Positions 58,241 through 64,000 of a stretch of 64,000 bases of DNA are shown here, piece by piece. Made by a program: the position numbers and the translations under genes. The notes below the pieces were generated by a model. That model had not been told where the DNA came from. It ran no database searches and saw only the letters and a list, made by a program, of their open reading frames with translations. Source of the stretch: a virus (Duplodnaviria > Caudoviricetes); the IMG/VR virus record IMGVR_UViG_3300035208_005856, positions 1 through 64,000 of that record; one strand, given 5' to 3'. Each line of letters begins with the position of its first letter. Within the stretch, counting starts at the first letter, position 1.

Positions 58241-59661
58241 TAGCTTCTCCTTCTCTGTCCATTGCTTTCTCCGTCCGTATTATCTGTACCTGGTGTTGTA
58301 TCTGTTAAAGGATCTGTATCTGGTTGAAGATCTAAATAATATTTATTATTTCTATCGTCTCCGTCTGTTATCTTTAATCCAGCTAGGGTTCTAGCCTCTG
58401 CAAAAGTAATCATTCCGTCTCTCCACATTGTACTTATAGCTCTACTTCTATCAAGTCCAACTGGAACTATGTCTCTTGCCGGAGCTATATAATAGTCGTA
58501 GATTCCACCCTCTTCTTGTAGCCATTTTTTATTAACACATCTCAGGGCTGGCTTTACATAATTGCTGAGGATAGAAGAATCTAATCTATCTTTATCGCTA
58601 GTGGCTCTATTAGATCCAAGTTGACCACTTTTTGCTATGTTTATTTCTTCTTCTGGTATTAAGAATGTTCTTGATACTTGTTTTGCAGTTATATCAGGTA
58701 CTTCTCCAAAGGGTGTTGCATTATTGGTAGCTGCCGTATGAATCTCTGCATCCTTGAGAACAGAGGCCTTGCCTACATTCTCTTTACTATTTATGTCGGA
58801 TTCGGTTTGATCCATTACCTCATCTAATGCGCCTTGATCTGTTTGCTCACTGGACTTAAAGTTAATGATGGTTCCATCATGATTTCCGTTACGTAACAAT
58901 ATAGTTAAGTGACTATACCACTCGTCAGTAATTCCCAAACTGTCTTTGCACGCACATATCCTAGGTAGTCCGAAATCAGTGTTCCCAGGATCTCTTGCAT
59001 AAGGAAGTATCCTTATACAATCATCTAAATCCAACGTATATATTTTGGCCCCGTCCAGGTACGTAAATCCTTTTAACTTGGTAGTCATTCCATCTATAAC
59101 CGGGGTGATAGACAACCAAGATATATTATCAAAGCTATCAACTGACCCTATTTTTGTTCTATTTATTCTTATAAGCCCGTTACCAAATATAGCTGCCCAT
59201 GGAATGGCCTCTGCCATGAGTGATTGGAAATCTACTTGTTGAAGCTTACGTTGTAATAGTTTTTGCATCCTGTCGTTTTTAAGAACCTTGCCGTCTGTTC
59301 TTTTAACGACGTATTCCATTTGTCCAACTTCACGACTTATTATCTCGTAAACGCACCGGATAAGGTCGTTCTTAACTAAGTAATAATAACATAATAACCA
59401 ATCTGTTCTCAGGCTGGTTATTTTATGCATATCCATTAACTTACTTCCGGCAGTGACATCTATGAAAGAATTAGCCTTATTAGAATGCATTGTACGGGGA
59501 TGCAATGGTATATTCATTTTTGCCATTTTTTCTTGGAATTCTAATTTTATTTTTTCATTTCTTGCCATATCCATAGTCAATGCTTTTGCCAGAATAGAAC
59601 TACTAACAAAATTAGATATATTAGAAATGGAATTCTTCAAATTTCTCATTATAAGCTTCAA
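58240..59661 (-). CDS. Portal protein
   Basis: Synteny; FGNGLI, GLPRI, NGNH.G.II, F.IP..., GMITFAEAR..AGL. The true start may be a downstream Met. Confidence 0.85.
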   Translation of the reverse strand: MKLIMRNLKNSISNISNFVSSSILAKALTMDMARNEKIKLEFQEKMAKMNIPLHPRTMHSNKANSFIDVTAGSKLMDMHKITSLRTDWLLCYYYLVKNDLIRCVYEIISREVGQMEYVVKRTDGKVLKNDRMQKLLQRKLQQVDFQSLMAEAIPWAAIFGNGLIRINRTKIGSVDSFDNISWLSITPVIDGMTTKLKGFTYLDGAKIYTLDLDDCIRILPYARDPGNTDFGLPRICACKDSLGITDEWYSHLTILLRNGNHDGTIINFKSSEQTDQGALDEVMDQTESDINSKENVGKASVLKDAEIHTAATNNATPFGEVPDITAKQVSRTFLIPEEEINIAKSGQLGSNRATSDKDRLDSSILSNYVKPALRCVNKKWLQEEGGIYDYYIAPARDIVPVGLDRSRAISTMWRDGMITFAEARTLAGLKITDGDDRNNKYYLDLQPDTDPLTDTTPGTDNTDGESNGQRRRS

Positions 59662-60065
59662 ACCTCTTCTCTAACTCTAATAATTCTTCGTGTAATTCTA
59701 ATCTATGAGCTTCTAACATTTTTTTTATAGTATTATGGCTTAGGTATAAAGTAACTGTCTTACTTCTTATGGCAAATCTGTTAAAAACTTTAGTCCCTTT
59801 TATAATGTCAAGTTTGTCCTTATCCTTGCTCTTATAAATGTTTTCAAGACTAGGGCTATATTCAAAGTCGTCAAATTTATCTGAGTTCAGTTTTTTTATC
59901 AGTATATCTACATACTGTGCTTCTTTAGCCTTACTTGCATACCTGCTTAATGCATTTGCATACTCTAAAACTTTAAGATTAGTTTCTTCTGTATTAAATA
60001 ACTTTTGTAAGGGACCCCATTTAAAGAAGTTATTACCCCTTAAATCCTTCATTAATCTTTTTACA

Positions 60066-62090
60066 TTAGTCATTGACTTCTAACTCCTTCATGGCTCTTG
60101 TCAAACTATCCTGAAGAAATTCTATTTCATGTTTGATCTCTTCCTTTTCAGAATTTGTTCTGCTGACAATGCCCGGTTTTTTTAAATACAATAATCCACA
60201 CAGGGTGTCATAGGCCTCGGCCAAAAATTGGTGATCTTCTGCCGATCCTTTTTGTACCCATTCAAGCCTTGGTTCTGTGTATATAACTATACCATTCGAT
60301 TTTACTTCGTGTTCTACTGTTGCACGGTGAAGGGCTGTAAGATGATTTAGGTATCGAGTAGGGTCCTGTATGAAATTCTCTATCTGAGAATCATCTGCAA
60401 AAAATCTTTCAGGATAAACATATCTCTTGCCTGATATCTGATACTGGACTTCATTCAACAACGCCGTCCTATCTATTCCCACTAAGAAATTTTTATTAAG
60501 ATCTTTTGTGTTTTTACCACCACTGAGAACGGGTTCTACTTTGCCATTAGCAAACTTACATCTAAACACTTTGCCATGTCTTTTTGCTGCAAACCTTCTA
60601 GCTTCCTTAACCCTTGGTTCGTGGTCGACTATAACTATATCGCATCCAAAGACATTAAATAAAAGATTGTCAAGTTCCTGCCATGCTATACTGCCATGGA
60701 CTTGGTTTTCTTCTGGATATTTTAACTTTCCACTATAAATAACGTATTTTTTTCCTAAATATTGGTCACTTACCCTAATATCAAACCACGTATTACCAAC
60801 ATCAACCCCAGCCGTTCTTATACCTAATTTAGAATAGGTGCTGGGATTGTATTTTGGGCATGATTTAATCATTGCCTCAGTTATTTCCGTACCCTCTGGA
60901 GTATATGGCAGGCCTAAATCGTGCCAATAAAATTTCTGGATATCAGATAAACTTGTTGACTGACTAGCTAAGTACATGGCTCTGAGATTAGATTTTGCGG
61001 TATATGTTTTTTCATATTGCAAACTTAGTCTAAGTTTATTGTCTGGGTTTTTAGCTATCCATACCCCATCACTATTTTTGTTTATAATAGCATTACATTT
61101 GCTACATCTTAAATTGTAATCTTCTAACTTACCAGCATCCTTGCTCATGTGCGTTAAGAATGTAATATTCTCAAGAGAACCACAGCCTTTACATCTAACA
61201 TGCCATCCGTGCATTGTCCCTGATTCATATTTCTCACAAATATCCCTACCTGGAATACGTGGAGTAGATATTATTAGTTTAAAAGTTTCATCCCAGTCCT
61301 TATCATTAAGACGTCCATCACATGCCGATGCATAATCAAGATTAGTTACTTCCGCCATTTCGTCTATAACATAAAAATTAAGAGGAAATGACATCGGAAT
61401 TGTACTTAGTCCAAATAGATATAAGTAATTAAAGTTATTAAACTTTATAATGTTTTTGGTACTGATATAGTCGCATATTTTTTTATATCTTGGAGTCGTC
61501 TTAATAAAATTTTGCTCGATTCTCTCTGGAGCCCATTTGGTTATATGTTTTTCGGTGGGCATATAATAGCCACCAGTCCATTGAAATACATCACTAAAAT
61601 AAAAAGCAACTGTTAGGGCCAGTTCAGAAAAACGACTTTGAGAACTTTTTCTAATAGCGACATCTCTATAGGCCCACGCTATGCCACATGTTTTAGACCT
61701 AGAATACCTACATATATTATTGCCTTCGTTTTCCCAACAACATTCTTTATTTTTTGGTAATTTTTTGTTTTCTTCAAGCCATTCCCTTGCGGCTTCTGGA
61801 GTAAGAAGGTTATTAACCGGCTCAAAAACGTTAGTGGTCTCCCAGGAGGTATAAGCTTCTTGTACTTTATTATAAGTTCCTTTTGGGTCAAAATTACAAA
61901 ACATTTGACAAGCTCTTATATAAGCCCAGTCACGACCCAAAGACATTTTCTTTCTCTGTAGTACCCTAAAATCTTCTGCGTAGTTTATTAGGCAATACTC
62001 ATTTTTGTCCAAAAACTCAGATTTTTGAGCATCAATAAGCTTTTTATTTTCTATAAGCTTAGTCTTTTGTTTAGTAATCCTACCAACCAT
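60066..62090 (-). CDS. terL: Terminase large subunit (lambda GpA-like)
   Basis: KSSQ...SE, YVIDE, ISTP, CxxC pairs, LGLPY, nuclease GVDVG, terminal DH...A..Y. Confidence 0.88.
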   Translation of the reverse strand: MVGRITKQKTKLIENKKLIDAQKSEFLDKNEYCLINYAEDFRVLQRKKMSLGRDWAYIRACQMFCNFDPKGTYNKVQEAYTSWETTNVFEPVNNLLTPEAAREWLEENKKLPKNKECCWENEGNNICRYSRSKTCGIAWAYRDVAIRKSSQSRFSELALTVAFYFSDVFQWTGGYYMPTEKHITKWAPERIEQNFIKTTPRYKKICDYISTKNIIKFNNFNYLYLFGLSTIPMSFPLNFYVIDEMAEVTNLDYASACDGRLNDKDWDETFKLIISTPRIPGRDICEKYESGTMHGWHVRCKGCGSLENITFLTHMSKDAGKLEDYNLRCSKCNAIINKNSDGVWIAKNPDNKLRLSLQYEKTYTAKSNLRAMYLASQSTSLSDIQKFYWHDLGLPYTPEGTEITEAMIKSCPKYNPSTYSKLGIRTAGVDVGNTWFDIRVSDQYLGKKYVIYSGKLKYPEENQVHGSIAWQELDNLLFNVFGCDIVIVDHEPRVKEARRFAAKRHGKVFRCKFANGKVEPVLSGGKNTKDLNKNFLVGIDRTALLNEVQYQISGKRYVYPERFFADDSQIENFIQDPTRYLNHLTALHRATVEHEVKSNGIVIYTEPRLEWVQKGSAEDHQFLAEAYDTLCGLLYLKKPGIVSRTNSEKEEIKHEIEFLQDSLTRAMKELEVND

Positions 62091-62129
62091 CTATTTTTGC
62101 ACCCTTAGCCCTTAGCCCTTAGTTTATGG

Positions 62130-62708
62130 CTATAATTTTATATCTGATTCTACCTCATTACCCCAACACTGCCAGTCACTAACTTTATCCCTAGCAAATA
62201 ACTCAACCCTTGGAAGATCTCCACACAGGTCAACTATTTTGGGCCTAACTATTAATGGCTTAGTACTATGTCTCCCTACCGGAGCCAGCGTTATTTGTTT
62301 TACGTTTTTAAGATTTCTTTTTGGCCTTCCCCTCTTTGCCAGCAGGCAAAGTTCTGCATTACCATTAGTCCAACTGCCCAGTCCAGAATAAATACCATTC
62401 TCTATTATGATATTTCTTTTATTCTGATAAACTTTACCTTTTTTGTTGACTTTTACCCACACAAAAGCACATGTTGTATACCTAAATCCCCATGCGTTAA
62501 TAACCTTTAACGCCTCTGGCAATTTCGGCATAGTTGCCCACAAAAATAAAAGACAATCCTTATCCGCAATTTCCTGAACAGGCAATGCACATATTTCTTT
62601 AAGCGGCATAGTAGAATAAGGCATTCCCCCTAATTTAGGATCATGTCTTCTCTCATTCTCGTACTGCCATGGCGGGTCCGCTAATATAATATTAAACTTG
62701 TCGCTAAT
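62130..62708 (-). CDS. MT-A70 family N6-adenine methyltransferase (apparent ATT start)
   Basis: The frame extends upstream of the listed ORF to include KFNIILADPPW; also LFLWAT, HSTKP, ELFAR, WGNE. Confidence 0.85.
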   Translation of the reverse strand: MSDKFNIILADPPWQYENERRHDPKLGGMPYSTMPLKEICALPVQEIADKDCLLFLWATMPKLPEALKVINAWGFRYTTCAFVWVKVNKKGKVYQNKRNIIIENGIYSGLGSWTNGNAELCLLAKRGRPKRNLKNVKQITLAPVGRHSTKPLIVRPKIVDLCGDLPRVELFARDKVSDWQCWGNEVESDIKL

Positions 62709-62744
62709 ACCCTATTCCTACCCCTACCCCTCTCTATTCCAGTC

Positions 62745-63677
62745 TTAGAAGAACATATCCTTTGGTCCAAAAACTGGCGTAATAATTGGTTTTTCTCTCT
62801 CTGTTACAAACTGAACTTTTTCTAATCTTATTATATCACAATCGCCACATACAATGTAAGTACCTTGTTGATCATTTTTAAAAACGTGGCCATTGCCATA
62901 TAATTTTTCTGAATTCATATTCCTGAACGAAGTTGCTTGCCAAACCCTTAAATGATATTCTATCCCAGAATTACAAAGATAGCATTCTGCGCCACCAACT
63001 GTAGTCAAGTGCTCAACTTGGTACTGTATTTCAGAGGACTTGTTTTCAAAGTTAATTCTATTAGTCTGTAGAATATTGTGGTGTTTGTCGTTGTCCGTTT
63101 CGACATAAGATTGCTTTTTTACCCGGACAGAACCAACCTCCCCTTCATATTCACGGGTATATATTATATTGATGCGAGACGCTAAAAACTGTAAAAACGT
63201 TTTAAGCATTTCGTATTTGGCGTTGTTTACTTCGGATACAAGATGCCCAATGCCTTCTACGTCCTTAATCCTTATCTTTTTTTGATAGATTATTTCTATG
63301 CCCTTATCTTCTGTCGTCAAATACATAGTTGGTGTTATGTACCTTTGTCCAGAAATATAATGCCATGCTATAATATCTTCAGCCTTGCCCTTATATCGGG
63401 GATCACTATCAATTATTTTAATGCATTTACAACCTGAATTATAATAACTATAGTCCCCAAACTGAACTAGGTTATCTATCTCTCCTCTTGAAACAAGAAA
63501 ATCCAAATTGTATTTATTATAAGAATATCTTTGAATGTATTTATTTTTAAGCTCAGGCCCTCCCATATAACCCTTCGCCATAAGGTTATGCCCATTGGCT
63601 ATTATACTTAAATCCCTAGACGTTATTCTCTCTAATATCTTATCATAACCCAAAAAAAATACATTCTTTTCTGCCAC
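62745..63677 (-). CDS. Hypothetical protein
   Basis: 310-aa ORF, no motif recognised. Confidence 0.55.
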   Translation of the reverse strand: MAEKNVFFLGYDKILERITSRDLSIIANGHNLMAKGYMGGPELKNKYIQRYSYNKYNLDFLVSRGEIDNLVQFGDYSYYNSGCKCIKIIDSDPRYKGKAEDIIAWHYISGQRYITPTMYLTTEDKGIEIIYQKKIRIKDVEGIGHLVSEVNNAKYEMLKTFLQFLASRINIIYTREYEGEVGSVRVKKQSYVETDNDKHHNILQTNRINFENKSSEIQYQVEHLTTVGGAECYLCNSGIEYHLRVWQATSFRNMNSEKLYGNGHVFKNDQQGTYIVCGDCDIIRLEKVQFVTEREKPIITPVFGPKDMFF

Positions 63678-64000
63678 GTACCTAACCCTCTTCGTCTTCA
63701 GGCGGAATTATTTGCTTTATTCTCTTTAAAAAATCATGTACCCTGGCTATTTGCCCAGTTGTTAACTCAAAGCCATGTTCAGTATGTAAATTGACTAAAG
63801 AAATATGCCCCTTTTTGATTTCTGAGCTAGGCAGACAGTCTCTTGCTAAATCGTATGGACCAACACATATTGTTATACACTTCAAAACTCCGGCTTCATT
63901 ATAAACCGGATAGGTATATAACGTTAGCTTTCCCAGCTCTGGAAATCTCTCGTATATTAGTTGTAGTTTTTGTTGAATCTTATAATTTTTCACTGCCTAG

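Noticed and set aside
62710-62735. G-quadruplex in the MT-A70 leader
   Set aside because: One of the four G-tracts has only two G, and the sequence is equally explained as repeated SD-like motifs.
1-64000. Stop-codon reassignment suggested by the release-factor gene
   Set aside because: Conserved genes are full length in code 11, and TAA, TAG and TGA all end complete genes (e.g. thyX TAA, sbcD TAG, phosphoesterase TGA); gene density is already high.
1-64000. CRISPR array, tRNA genes, DGR/retron, integrase or att site
   Set aside because: No spaced direct repeats, cloverleaf/T-loop patterns, reverse transcriptase or recombinase motifs seen by eye; intergenic gaps are short. tRNAscan was not run.

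Overview
The whole window is AT-rich DNA of a large tailed (siphovirus-like) phage, with no host genes, integrase, tRNA or CRISPR array visible. It has two convergent arms that meet at about 27.1-27.3 kb. The + arm (1-27.1 kb) holds the 3' end of a tail-fibre gene, a lysis cassette (peptidase M15 plus small membrane proteins), RusA, a HAD hydrolase, an XRE regulator, an intein-split DExH helicase, a metallophosphoesterase, dNMP kinase, CobO/BtuR, ThyX, Tmk, DnaB, SbcD-MTase-SbcC and SSB. The - arm (64-27.3 kb) runs MT-A70 MTase, terminase large subunit, portal, protease/scaffold, capsid, head-tail genes and tail tube. An ~11 kb accessory block follows (three radical-SAM-type genes, GGQ release-factor fragment, NeuA-MTase fusion, PTP, SLOG), then frameshifted tail chaperones, a Maf-like glycosyltransferase, a 2627-aa tape measure and DnaG. 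Top observations: (1) an intein whose endonuclease is encoded in a separate overlapping +1 reading frame; (2) a NeuA-MTase plus Maf-like transferase pair suggesting nonulosonate glycosylation of the virion; (3) a promoter-to-terminator antisense sRNA carrying three anti-RBS segments; (4) several orphan antitoxin-like genes plus a codon-blind GGQ factor. All family assignments come from motif recognition by eye; no searches were run.
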